This document shows positions 1 through 11,752 of a stretch of DNA of 34,571 bases, piece after piece. The stretch comes from Octopus bimaculoides (lineage: Eukaryota), in assembly GCF_001194135.2 (NCBI RefSeq), contig NC_068988.1:71744640-71779210 (forward strand). The letters run 5' to 3'. Both the position numbers and the translations under genes were made by a program. The notes beneath the pieces are model-generated. The model saw only the letters and a program-made list of their open reading frames with translations, made no database searches and was not told the origin of the DNA. Positions within the stretch are counted from its first letter, which is position 1. Each line of letters begins with the position of its first letter.

Positions 1-110
<110 letters not shown>

Positions 111-609
111 TAGGGTTAAAACGTGCTTCGTGGACGATAAAGTGCTGTGAAATCACTATAATCCTAAGTATCTACCTTCCGCACTCTCACTTTACCCCCA
201 TCTGTCCATCCTGCTCTTTTATCACTGTTGAAAATAATATAAAAGATGTGCTTCAAATAATAAATTTATGCAAAATTGTCATTGTTCAAATTAACTAAAT
301 AATTAACAATTGGTTTCTTATCTTCAAAGTTCTAATGATACAGGAGAAAGTAAAGTAGACCGAAGTTGTCCTTCGTAGTTTTGCTTTAATAGCTAGATAT
401 CTAGCGAGTTCATACTTTAACCTTATAGATGAGAGAGAGTATGAGGTTAAAGCATGAACTCTCCCGATATTTACCTATCTATGAACAACTATATTAGAGA
501 ACTAGTTGGACTCTCCACTCTATCTGTGCTATTAGTGTACGAACTTTCTTGATATCTACCTAACAATTAAGAACTGCTATGAACTTTCACTTTCTTTATT
601 TTCTATTTT

Positions 610-3060
610 CTGCTATTTTTCGGGCACCTTCCAGAGTATTCGATAGGTTCCAAGCAGTGCTGTTTTCTGCAAGTGCTCCACCCTTATTGCAGCCCCTATT
701 TGTTCTACGTACTTCTTGAAATTTTTGCTCACTGTTCCCAGGGCTCCGACAACTATTGGTACTACTGCTACCTTTTTCCTCGACCACAGCTGCTTAACTT
801 CCCAAGCTAACCTGTCATATCTCTCGACTTTTCTTTCTTCCTTATCGCATACCTTGTTGTCGGCTGGGCATACTATATCTATGATCCAGCATAGTTTGCT
901 TCCTATTCTCTATCTCATGGTCGCACTGAATCATAAAATCCCATAGGATCTTTGCATACCAATAGTCGTACCAATTGTTTGCTCTGTCAAGTCCATACTT
1001 GTTGCAAAGTGTCCTATGGACAAGCCTGGTTATATTGTCGTGGCGTCTCTTATATTCCTTCTGAGGTAGTGGCGTACATTGGCTGGTAATATGCCATACG
1101 GTTTCACTGTTCTGTCCACAGATTCTGCACTTATCACTTTCTGCTTTGTTGTCTATTCTGTATTTTATGTAATTTGTTCTTAGGCAGCACAAATTAGAGC
1201 CTCCGTTTCCGGTTTTAAATCACTTTTAGTCAAACACAGTTATCTCTTTTCTCTGTCTGTCTTATCTTCAACATCCCTATGAAATTGGCCATGCATTCTT
1301 TTCTTTACCCACCTATTTTCAGTTTCATTCGTTTTCAATTTCTTGTATAGTGCGTTATCTTTGCAATCTTTCACCCTACACAAGCCTGACCTTCTCACTT
1401 CTAATAATAGCGGTTCTGTGGCATTTTTTACATATCATGCTAGTTGTTTCTTCTGCTCTAATGTTGCGTTCGCATCCAATAAGTCCTCTTCCCCTTCTTT
1501 TTCTTGGCACATACAGTCTGTCTATGTCACTTTTTGGATGGAGTGACCCATATCTAGTTAGCAACTTCCTTGTCTTTCTGTCTAAGCAGTTTAGTTCGAA
1601 TACTGTCCATGCGATTACCCCTGCTCCATATCTAAGGAGTGAAACCAGCCAGGTGTTGATAGCTTCGATCTTATTCCGTCCGTTTAATTTCGACTTAAGG
1701 ATCAGTCTGAGTCTGCGAGGTATTCCGCCTTAAATTTTTCTCTCATTTCTTTCTCCATCAATTTATTCATTTCCAAAATCCCCAAGTACTTATAGCTCGT
1801 CTCTTCTATCTGCTTCATAACCTACCCTGACGGTATCGTTAGCCCGTCCATACATTTGATTTTGCCTCTCTTAAAGACTAATACACCACACTTTTGCAGC
1901 CCGAACTCCATTCTGATATCAGCATTGACGGTATACACCGTATCAGCGAGGGAACTGACTTGGGTTTCATCTTTACCATAAAGTTTGAGGTTATCCATGA
2001 ATAAAAAATGGTTGACTCTTTGTTGGCGGCTTTTGAATACATACCCAGCTTTTGCTTTCCTCATAATCAGTGTTAGTGGTATCAAGCACAGTACAAAGAT
2101 CAGTGGGGACAGGCAGTCCCCTTGGAAGATGCCCTTCCTCATTTCTACTGTCCCTAAACTTCTTCGGTATGCTGTCAAGTCCGTCCTCCAATTCGCCATA
2201 CTTTTTGCAAGCAATCGCTCAACATTCGACACAATACCAAATAGGTTCATACACTCCATAATCCAAGAATGTGGGACTATATCGTACGCCTTACGATAGT
2301 CGATCCATGACATGGCTAAGTTACTTTACCTCTTCTTGCAGTCTCTAAGTACGGTTTTATCTATCAGGAGTTGATCCTTGGTACTTCTGCACTTACGCTT
2401 GCAACCCTTATGCTCATGTGGCAGGACTCCATTTTTTCAAGATGTTCTGCGAGTATTCCAGTTAATATCTTCTACATAAGTGGTATACAGGATATCGGCC
2501 TGTAATCGTCTACCGTATTGCCTTTTTCGATGTTTTTCCTACCCAATGTCAACCACTCTGGTGTTACTTGGTCAGCATTTAACAAGGTGTTGAGCTGCGC
2601 AGCTATTCGTGCATGACATTTACCAAATCTTTTGATCCAGTAACCTTGAACTCCATCTGGTCACGGGGCCTTCCAGTTGTTCATTCTTCTGCTGATTTCC
2701 TTTACTTTCCTAACTGAAATGACTAGTTCCTCTTGTTTTGGACAGACTACTGCTTGTTTCAGTTCTTGCAATCATTCAGCATCATTCTTGTGCTCTTTGT
2801 CTTTGCTCCAGATGTCACTCCAAAAACTTTGACTTTCAATGTTATCTGATATTAACTTTTCATCTGTACACTCTCCATTTATTTCTTTATAGAATCTCTT
2901 CTGATCTACTCTGAATAACCTATTCTGGTGGTAACCCTTCATTCTTTGGTTGTACCTTACCATCTTTGCTTTCTTTGCAACGAGGCGCTCTTTCAGTTCT
3001 TCCATTACTACTTTCAGGCCCTTTCTTACAATATTATACTTCCTTATCAGCGCCCTGTGC
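610..3060 (-). mobile_element. Dong/R4-clade non-LTR retrotransposon, 5'-truncated and degenerate (copy A: RT, CCHC finger, restriction-like endonuclease end)
   Basis: Minus-strand fragments read in order: EELKERLVAKKAK..RLFRVDQKRFY; WLTLGR..DYRPISC; WIDYRKAYDIVPH..GIFQGDCLSPLIF..HFLFMDNLKLY (RT); HPKSDIDRLYVPRKRRGRGL; CRICGQNSETVWHITSQC (CCHC); KILWDF; LQKTALLG. Many stops and frameshifts. Confidence 0.9.
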
Positions 3061-3282
<222 letters not shown>

Positions 3283-3966
3283 AAGACGTCGCTCAGTATC
3301 CAATATCGTGATGTTGTTGATTGAAAATATTGTCTACCGGGGGTTTGCCTTTTCTGTCAAGTCAAGAATCTCAAACAGACAGTACATTACGCAATATGCG
3401 TGCAGTTCCAAGTAATGCCGATTTTGCAATTCACCTAGATTGTAAGGTATTTCTAAAGTTACCAGATGCTTTTTTTTCGGGATGGGTGGTATTGAACCCA
3501 ATACTCCCATGACAATTGGGACAACCTTTATGTTTGACTCACGTAGCTGCCACATCTTAGCAATCTCAATTCTTAGGTCTCCATATTTATCAATCTTTTC
3601 TTTTTCATTTATGATAATATGCTGATCTCCTGGCACGTCGATTATTAAGCTTTATTGTTTGTCATTCCTAATGGTTACTATATCCGGCCTTCTGTTCTCT
3701 AACACCTAGTCTGCCTGGAAGTCAGAGTCCTAGAGGATTTTTGCCTTCCCCTTTTCGTCCATTGCCCTTTCAGCTGTATGTTGGTACCAAGCACCCGTTA
3801 CCTCGTATCCATACTTCCAGCATAGTAGCCAGTGGAGGTTTGGGGCTTCCTTGTTGTCTCTGCGCTTATACTCTTTCTGCTTCTGCACTTTCCCAAACAC
3901 TAACAATGTGAGTCACGCTTTCGATTCTCTTCCCACACATTCAGCAGAAGTTCGTTGCACTTGTAT

Positions 3967-4016
<50 letters not shown>

Positions 4017-4558
4017 TTCGCTGAGTTGGCATTCAATGCCAGATCCTGGGTGGTGATGATAAGGCTTTCAGTATTTTTTTAGGTCACCCTTGCTGAGCCA
4101 CCACCATAGTGCTTCCTGGTCTTTTAAGTCGTTATTTTCATGGTGGAACTGACCATATAATTCCATACGAAGTAGGGTTTCTTATCTCTCGTTGGCTGTT
4201 CGTGAATGAAATTCATGAGCATTCTCAAGTTCATTTTGGTAAATCCTTCTGCATTAGCAGCATACTGTAACAGGTCTTGTTTACTATTTACCAAATATTC
4301 TGCCACGTTTCTTCTTTTACCCTTGATTCACTACCGTACCCTAATCGGCCCATGCCCACCTTTACACCTCTTCATGCAGTGTGCCAGTGTACATTCGTCT
4401 TAGGTTGATGGGCACCATGCATTGTCATTGTCTTCCGAGTAGTGTGATCGAGCTGGTTAATCGCTGCATGCGTTCAGTTCAGGATGGGTGCACTATAGCG
4501 GACTGCAGCAACAGCCCAAATGTTGATAGCATTCACAAGGTACTTTGAGTTAATTATC
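3283..4558 (-). mobile_element. Dong/R4-clade non-LTR retrotransposon 3' fragment (copy B), interrupted by (TA)n at ~3966-4010
   Basis: Minus strand gives LVNAINIWAVAAVRYSA, RKTMTMHGAHQPK, WWWLSKGDLKK..ESLIITTQDLAL, a CCHC remnant, ENRRPDIV..LIIDV, and EKIDKYGDLRIEIAKMW..VVPIVMGVLG. It ends in an (AAC/AAT)n tail. Confidence 0.88.
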
Positions 4559-4654
4559 ATATACATATATAAATATATGTACATATATATATATATATAT
4601 ATATACTAGCAGTCTCACGGATTTCAAGAATGACATTATACTTACCATGTTTTC

Positions 4655-4885
4655 AGATTTAGGTGCTTACGTTACCACGAGCAAATGTAGATGCTCTTTT
4701 GAACCGTGATCCTACTCTTGACTTAGGATGAGCTACCAAAATTTGACGGGTGGGGGAAGTTTAATGAACCAGCAGCAATGAGCTACCAAGCATTTCCACC
4801 GCATAAACTGGAATATGGTGAAATAAAGTGCTTTACTCAAGGACATAATACACAATCCGGTTCAGAAATCAAACCCACGACCTTA
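4655..4885 (-). mobile_element. Degenerate tRNA-derived SINE
   Basis: Minus strand reads GGTCGTGGGTTTGATTTC (B-box-like) followed by TGTCCTTGAGTAAAGCACTTTATTT, a typical SINE head-to-body junction. Confidence 0.55.
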
Positions 4886-4969
4886 ACCACTCCTCCATAC
4901 GCCTTGACACACATACAATCCCAAGCACACCCACACCCACTAACACACGCATGCGCACACGCTCACGTG

Positions 4970-5010
<41 letters not shown>
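4970..5010. repeat. (CA)n microsatellite
   Basis: Direct reading. Confidence 0.95.
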
Positions 5011-5013
<3 letters not shown>

Positions 5014-7429
5014 AACGCGAACAAACACAAACCTTAGCGATCAACGAAATAATGCCCATCTTTTGATCATTTATCTACACATTGACGCTCGTAACTTTCA
5101 AAATATATATAAATAGCATTTCTAATTTAGGAAACTAGGAAATAACGAAATAGATTACTCATTATTTTAAACTGCCTAATTATTTTCAGTCTAACCATAG
5201 ATGCTCTTTATATCCTTGTGTTGTGTTAGTCATGTTTTACACATGCTTCTTTCAGGAAATCTACAGCGTTCAAAACACGTACGAATTTATCACGCCCTCG
5301 ACACTAAAAATTCAATAGCTCAATCTCAATACCTCTTTCGGTTCTCTCCCTTCTATATTTGACTGACAAAAAGATTTCATTAACGCAGACAATTTTTCCC
5401 CTCTCAATACGGATTTGATTCCAATAAAATTTTTTTCATTTCATCACGTTTGCTAACCAGCACTTAACTATATGAATATTTAGAACCAACAGGTAACTTG
5501 GGCAATTTGATGAAGCTGAATTTATGAATAATTGTTCCTAATTTAGAATAAGATTTTATTGTTCATTGCATATATCTATCCAATTTTTATTTCGCATAAG
5601 AATATTATATCAACATACGACACTGGAAAAAAAACAGAAATTTCCATTCATGTTGCTTTCACGCTTGTGCTCAAACCTAAAGCGTATCTATTACCGTTGA
5701 CAGAAGCATATTATACGGAGAATGTGCACAATATATGTAGCTACAAGAATCTGCTAAGGTGGTTAGCGTTGTCTCTATTTTTCGTGGAATGATATCACGA
5801 CACTTCATGCTATGAGAGTTAGGACTGTGCAAACAATTATTAAACTCTTCAGTTTTTTTGCTTTATTGCTTTTACTTATTATAAACATTATAATGCATAA
5901 TATACTCAACAAGTAGTAAACTATATAATCATTTACCAAAATATAAGTCGGAGAGAGTGAAATATTAAATTTTATTCAAACTGAAAAAGTCACAGTATTC
6001 AAACTGGGAGAGATCATAATATTTGATATTCTAATCGCAAGTGCCGTCTCTGTTTTTCATATAGATTCTTGCTGATTAATATATCTATTGCATTTCATCG
6101 CCATATGGGTCTTCATTTCTGATTAATTGCATTTTGATTTGCAATTGTTGCGTCTAACAATATCAAGAAATAGTTTTTAAAATCTCAATGGAGAATTTTT
6201 TCTAACTATCCTCAATTTTTTTAAATATCCTCTGCACATTTCCAAACCCAAAATTAGTCTACGAATTTATACAGAAATCTTTTTCAATAATAAGAACATA
6301 CACAAAGTATGTTGCATTGTAAAGTGCTTAAAGATGTCAATATTATATCTTTCTTGTCTACACCCAAATGAGCTGTAAAAGTTAAAGTAATATATGAATA
6401 TAAATTAAAACTAAATGCATAATCCATATATAACTACAACAAAAAAATACTGAGTAATTATTTAACACTTTGCTTATCCTATGTAACAATATATTTCCTG
6501 GTAACAATGTATCATATATAATACACGTTCCTAATTCTTTACCAAAGTAACTTGAGACTTATGAAAGGAAAGTTCTGTCACTCAAAATGTAAGAAACAAG
6601 GAATAACTAAAACACTGAAAAGAAGCATGGGCATTTAAGAAAATGCTTTGGACAGACAAACGTTAAAAGGAAAATGTTTTTAATTTTTAGAAGCAAACGC
6701 AGAATAAGCGCTGCAAATATGTATTTGTGAAAATCATTGTAGAGTACTTGATAGCAGTTTCATTGAAATATTGAAGATAAAAGGAAAGAGTAGCTTCCAC
6801 AAAATACGAAAGAACGATATGACCGCTGAAAAAGGATACTTTCTCTTACACATGCAGTACTAAAACGGGTTACTTTAAAAATGTCCAGATCAAAAGCTAA
6901 CGTACTTTAGATTTCAAATAACCAATGTACATCACAAGACTTTAATAGAATCTCTCAGTATGATTTTCCATAATTAAGACACAATCTCCAGTATTGTAGA
7001 ATGATTTGACAATTAAAGAAACACCATATTAAACAACTTTAGTTGGAAATAGGTGCATATCAATAAAAATTATCGTCCGTTGTAAAATTGATGTGCATCA
7101 ATAGGGGAATTGGTTGGAGATTTCAAATTTGTGGTATTTTAGTTGTGTGAAGGATGTATAATGTATAACTAAGTAGAGGTTACTGGGTGGGTAAGAAGAG
7201 AATTACATTTGTAGGTATAACTAACCAGCACAAAATGGCGGAGCTAACTAGCTAACTCAAAATTCCAGAGGGCTTGTAAGCAAGTTTAATCGATTTAGAT
7301 TATGTAATATTCAGTAATTAAGATTATGTAAAGTGGGCTTTCTCATTCTAAACCATTATTCTAGTCAGTGTGGTGTAGTTTGGTAATGCTTTATTTGTGT
7401 GAGTAGAGTGAATGGTGAGAAGAGGGATT

Positions 7430-7447
7430 TATATATATATATATATA

Positions 7448-7479
<32 letters not shown>

Positions 7480-7537
7480 NNNNNNNNNNGTAGTAGTAGT
7501 AGTAGTAGTAGTAGTTGTTGTTGTTGTTGTTGTTGTT
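7430..7537. repeat. Compound (TA)n(TAG)n(TTG)n microsatellite containing a 10-N gap
   Basis: Direct reading; abuts the truncated 5' end of Dong copy C. Confidence 0.95.
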
Positions 7538-7538
7538 T

Positions 7539-9045
7539 CCATGGGACGCTGAGGGAATAACTTCAAGATTGCCTTAATGGAGGAATAATACAAGTTTGAC
7601 TGACTAGAGGGAGGAAAATACTCATCATGAAAGATAAGAGCAAAGGTGACACAGCTAGCAACTATAGACCAATCACTTGCTTACTATTAGTGAGGAAGCT
7701 GTTAACTAGAATGCTTTCAGAAAGCATTTTCGAGCACCTTGACAACCAGAATTTACTGCCAGAAGAACAGAAATGTTGCAGGATGAAGGCTAGAAGACAA
7801 AACAGTTCCAAATGAAATAAAAGCTAAAAAGAAAAATCTAAAAATATCATGAATGGATTTTAGAGAAGTTTATGACATGATCCAACATTCGTGGATAAGT
7901 GAATGTCTGAGTATATTCAGCATAAAAGACAACATAAGAGAATTAATTAGATGCAGAAAGAAAAACTGAAAAGTACAACTCTACTCAGGTAACATACTCT
8001 TTGGGAAAGTTAACATCAAAAGACGATTTTTACCGGGGGTCTCGTTGTCGCCTTTAACATTTGTCTTATGTTTGATCCCCCTCGGTTTAGTGTTAAGGAA
8101 GGCAAAGGCAGAGTATCAGTTCAGAAATAGTAAAGGGAAAAATTAACAATTTGCTCTACATTGATGATCTGAAGCCTTTTAGTAAGAATGAAAAAGAGAT
8201 AGTTTCCTTCATACAGACTGTAAGACTCTTCTGCAAAGATATAGGCATGGAATATGGCATAGATAAGTGTGCAACATTAGTCATGAGAAAGGGACAGGTT
8301 GTCAAAAGTGAATGGATCCAATTACCAAATGGCCAGACAATAAAATCATTGAAAGGAGGAGAGAGTAATAAGTATCTAAGAGTATTGGAATCTGACAGGT
8401 TACTAACAATAGAAATTTAAACGAAAATTGAGAAAGAATACATCAGAAGGGTGACGAAGCTAATGAAGTCAAAGCTAAATGGTCCGAATCTAGTGAACGT
8501 TCTAATACTTGGGCAGTATTATTACTTAGATACTCAGCAGCTTTTGTAGATTGGACAAAAACTGAATTAGCAAAGCTAGACAGAAGGACTAGAAAGGAAT
8601 TCAATATGAATGGAGAACTCCACCCAAGGGCAAGAGTAGCAAGATTATACCTGCCTAAAAAGGAAGGCGGGTGAGGATTAATATCAACAGAAGACTGCGT
8701 GAAGTTAGCCAGAGTAGATATAGACTCCTATGTAGGTAATAGCGAAGTAAATTTGCTTGAGTCACAGTAAGACATATGAAAACTAAAAATCCAAACGAAG
8801 TTAAAAACCAGACAAAAGAACGGAAATTATCTGACTGGCAGGGGACAGTGTTGCATGATAGTTACAGCAATTAGCTGTAGTGAAACATGGTTATGACTGC
8901 AGAAAGGGAAGCTTGAAGAGGGGGCAGAAAGTTTGTTAGCAGCTTCAAAAGATCAAGCATTAAGGACTAGATGTTTAAACGTCAAGATAGACAAAATCCA
9001 AGTAGATTCCAAATGTAGATTATGCAAATCAAAAGAGGAATAGTT
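7539..9045 (+). mobile_element. Dong/R4-clade non-LTR retrotransposon internal fragment (copy C, RT to CCHC start)
   Basis: MKDKSKGDTASNYRPITCL; LYIDDLKPF..DIGMEYGIDKCATLVMRKG (RT); ARLYLPKKEGG; DQALRT; KCRLCKSKEE. Frameshifted and interrupted by stops. Confidence 0.9.
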
Positions 9046-9110
9046 GAATTAAATTGAAATGTTATTATAAACTTAGCATTATTTTTTTCCTTGTCGACGG
9101 GTCATGTACT

Positions 9111-9153
9111 AGTAATAATAATAATTTTGATGATGATAATAATAATAATAATG

Positions 9154-9233
<80 letters not shown>

Positions 9234-9347
9234 AAGAAGAAGAAGAAGAAGAAGAAGAAGAAGAAGAAGAAGAAGAAGAAGAAGAAGAAGAAGAAGAAGA
9301 AGAAGAAGAAGAAGAAGAAGAAGAAGAAGAAGAAGAAGAAGAAGAAG
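9111..9347. repeat. Compound (AAT)n(AAG)n microsatellite
   Basis: Direct reading; source of the poly-N/K/R/S/L ORF artefacts. Confidence 0.98.
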
Positions 9348-9564
9348 CGCAGTCAGAGAGCGCAAACCTCCGCCAAGGCAACACCAACGTCCTCTCAATG
9401 ATTAGTCAGAAAAGATTTTTAAAATGAGAATATCTGAAATCAACTTGACTACTCTCACAAACGNNNNNNNNNNNNNNNNNNNNNNNNNNNNNNNNNNNNN
9501 NNNNNNNNNNNNNNNNNNNNNNNNNNNNNNNNNNNNNNNNNNNNNNNNNNNNNNNNNNNNNNNA

Positions 9565-9615
9565 GCATTTACGATCGTTTCGATTTACTGGTTTAAGTAA
9601 ATCTCTTCAGAATAC
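9565..9615 (-). ncRNA. Complete minimal type I hammerhead ribozyme motif in the inverted pLTR
   Basis: Minus strand: GTATT (stem I), CTGAAGA, GATTTACT-TAAACC-AGTAAATC (8-bp stem II), GAAAC-GATC-GTA, AATGC (stem I). All core positions are canonical, the stem III region ACGATCGT is palindromic, and predicted cleavage follows GUA, between 9570 and 9569. Confidence 0.85.
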
Positions 9616-10831
9616 GAATAGATAGGTGCATCGGTTAGGATGCGAAAGATGATTTATAGATTATTGATAGATAATTGATAGAATTCACTGAATAATAAAA
9701 AACTTGACAAATTCTACGAAACTAGAAAGATGCTGACCTATAAAAATAATAAACAACCAACTAATAGGACTAAGCCACCCTCTTACGCAACGCCTCCTGC
9801 TAACTTAGGTGCAGACCTGAACAATAATCCCCCCCCACCCACTACAACACGGACGTAAATACACCTAATTATTTATGTGGCTGTAGGGATAGAACAAAGT
9901 ACCATTTCTCAAATAGATGTAAGATTACGTAGACCAATGTGACGTCCGCACAAACAACCAGAAGAAATCATACATAGGTGCAACGAAGAACCAAATGACT
10001 CTCAGATATAACACGCATCTATCCAGCTTCAGAAATAGAAATAAGGCTAACTCAACAGGGCTAAGTGCATACATTTGGGAACTTAAGGACGAAAAAATTG
10101 ATTTTAGCTTAAACTGGCGTATACTCACAAAAACATCGTCCTACCACACCACAAATAGACGCTGCGATCTCTGCCAATCAGAATGCCTAGCTATACTTGC
10201 GGCTAAGCAACCACTTCTCAACAGGAAATTTGAGAATAACAATTATTGTCTTCCCGTGGGCCTTTATGTATTTTCGAAATACCGATAGAATAGCCTCTCT
10301 TGTCTTCATGCAGGCCTCTATGGCTTCATAACCCCAATCTAGAATACTCATCTATATAAGTCGAATTAACTGGGTAACACCTTAAACACACGAAGAGTCA
10401 GCAGCAAACCCACTCGACCCAAACATTTCATAATAATACACTTTGCATATACACAGGACCCCGTCAAGCACTAGGAACCTGCTAAACTCTAGCAATAGCA
10501 CATTTTCAAACCACTCATGAGTTAGCTCCCTTCTAACCCAGTTAGAGTTACACCCCTTCACCTGCACCACCAGTGTAACTAGCTCTAAAATTGAATAAAC
10601 ACGTGCGAATAAAATGTGCTTAATTAAACTTGGAATCACGCACCTCAATAATACTCAACTTACCCTAAGTTCCCAACGAAACTAAACAATCTACCACGAG
10701 CAAAACTCTACCCTGCGAATTTCCCAGCGCAAGAACAAAAATTTAATGTAAAAATTACCAATTTGTTTACATTACCATCAAATGTCTATCAATTATCTTA
10801 GGCATCCTGACGGATGCACCTATCTATATTC

Positions 10832-10866
10832 GCATTCTGAAGAGATTTATTTAAACCAGTAAATGC
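10832..10866 (+). ncRNA. Inactivated hammerhead copy (sense pLTR) lacking GAAAC and stem III
   Basis: GCATT-CTGAAGA-GATTTATTTAAACCAGTAAAT-GC. Relative to 9565-9615, 16 nt (CGAAACGATCGTAAAT) are missing between two GTAAAT direct repeats. Confidence 0.75.
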
Positions 10867-11111
10867 TTCTCTCATCTCTGCTTCTTCCTCCTCGTTATCT
10901 ATTTAATTAAAGACATACCAGCGAAAACAAGGAGTTTCCCATTGTTATTATATCTGTTTTCTTCTCCTATATAACCTAAACTCCGGTTTTCCAAACGAGC
11001 CACCTGCTAGTGTACAGCCTTACAAAAGACTGTACCTCCCCAGCTAATATCCAGGAGCGACGCTGGATTTAACTATCCCTTAGAGGTATTAAACCACTCT
11101 AGCTGATGCCT

Positions 11112-11117
11112 ACATAC

Positions 11118-11156
<39 letters not shown>

Positions 11157-11260
11157 TAGACATATATATGTACGTATATATGCATATACTCACATATTTT
11201 TATTATATACATATTTATATATATATACATAGGTATATACATATATAAACATTTATATAC

Positions 11261-11341
<81 letters not shown>

Positions 11342-11655
11342 TATATATATAGACATATATATATAGACATATATATATATATACGTATAGATATATATAT
11401 GTATAGATATATATATGTATATATATATACATATATATACATATATATATATACACACACATATATATATATCCATATATATACATATATTCATATACAC
11501 ACGTATATATACATATATATATAAACATATATATACATATATATATATCCATATATATACCTATATATACATACACATATATATATATACATATATATAT
11601 ATCCATATATATACCTATATATACATACACATATATATATATACATACATATATA
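11112..11655. repeat. Long degenerate (TA)n/(TATACA)-type low-complexity array
   Basis: Direct reading; generates the YI-rich ORF artefacts. Confidence 0.97.
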
Positions 11656-11752
11656 CCACGGGCTTCTTTCAGTTTCCGTCTACCAAATCCGCTCACAAGG
11701 CTTTGGTCGACCCGAGGCTATAGTAGAAGACACTTGACCAAATTGCCACGCT
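11656..11752 (-). mobile_element. Fragment of the abundant tRNA-derived SINE (same family as 29311-29718)
   Basis: CGGGCTTCTTTCAGTTTCCGTCTACCAAATCC..GGCTATAGTAGAAGACACTTG matches 29558-29650. Confidence 0.9.

Larger units (their letters stand above)
9564..10870 (+). mobile_element. 5'-truncated Penelope-like element: inverted pLTR (9564-~9680), GIY-YIG endonuclease remnant, sense pLTR (~10785-10867)
   Basis: Plus strand reads CGCRDR.., then SYIGATKNQMTLRYNTHLSSFRN..TGLSAYIWELK..NWRIL..CDLCQSE..LLNRK (YIG at 9971-9979), the PLE GIY-YIG C-terminus. The reverse complement of 9564-9680 matches 10785-10867. Confidence 0.88.

Noticed and set aside
5560-7000. Possible ancient transposase or gene relic in a non-repetitive AT-rich block
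   Set aside because: Manual translation gave only short stop-riddled segments with no motif I could identify.
7232-7242. CAAAATGGCGG YY1-like or start-context motif
   Set aside because: Isolated motif with no ORF, CpG island or splice support.
9054-9405. Poly-N/K/R/S/L ORFs
   Set aside because: Translations of (AAT)n(AAG)n microsatellites; likewise the YI-rich ORFs at 11099-11723 and the HT/CV-repeat ORFs elsewhere.
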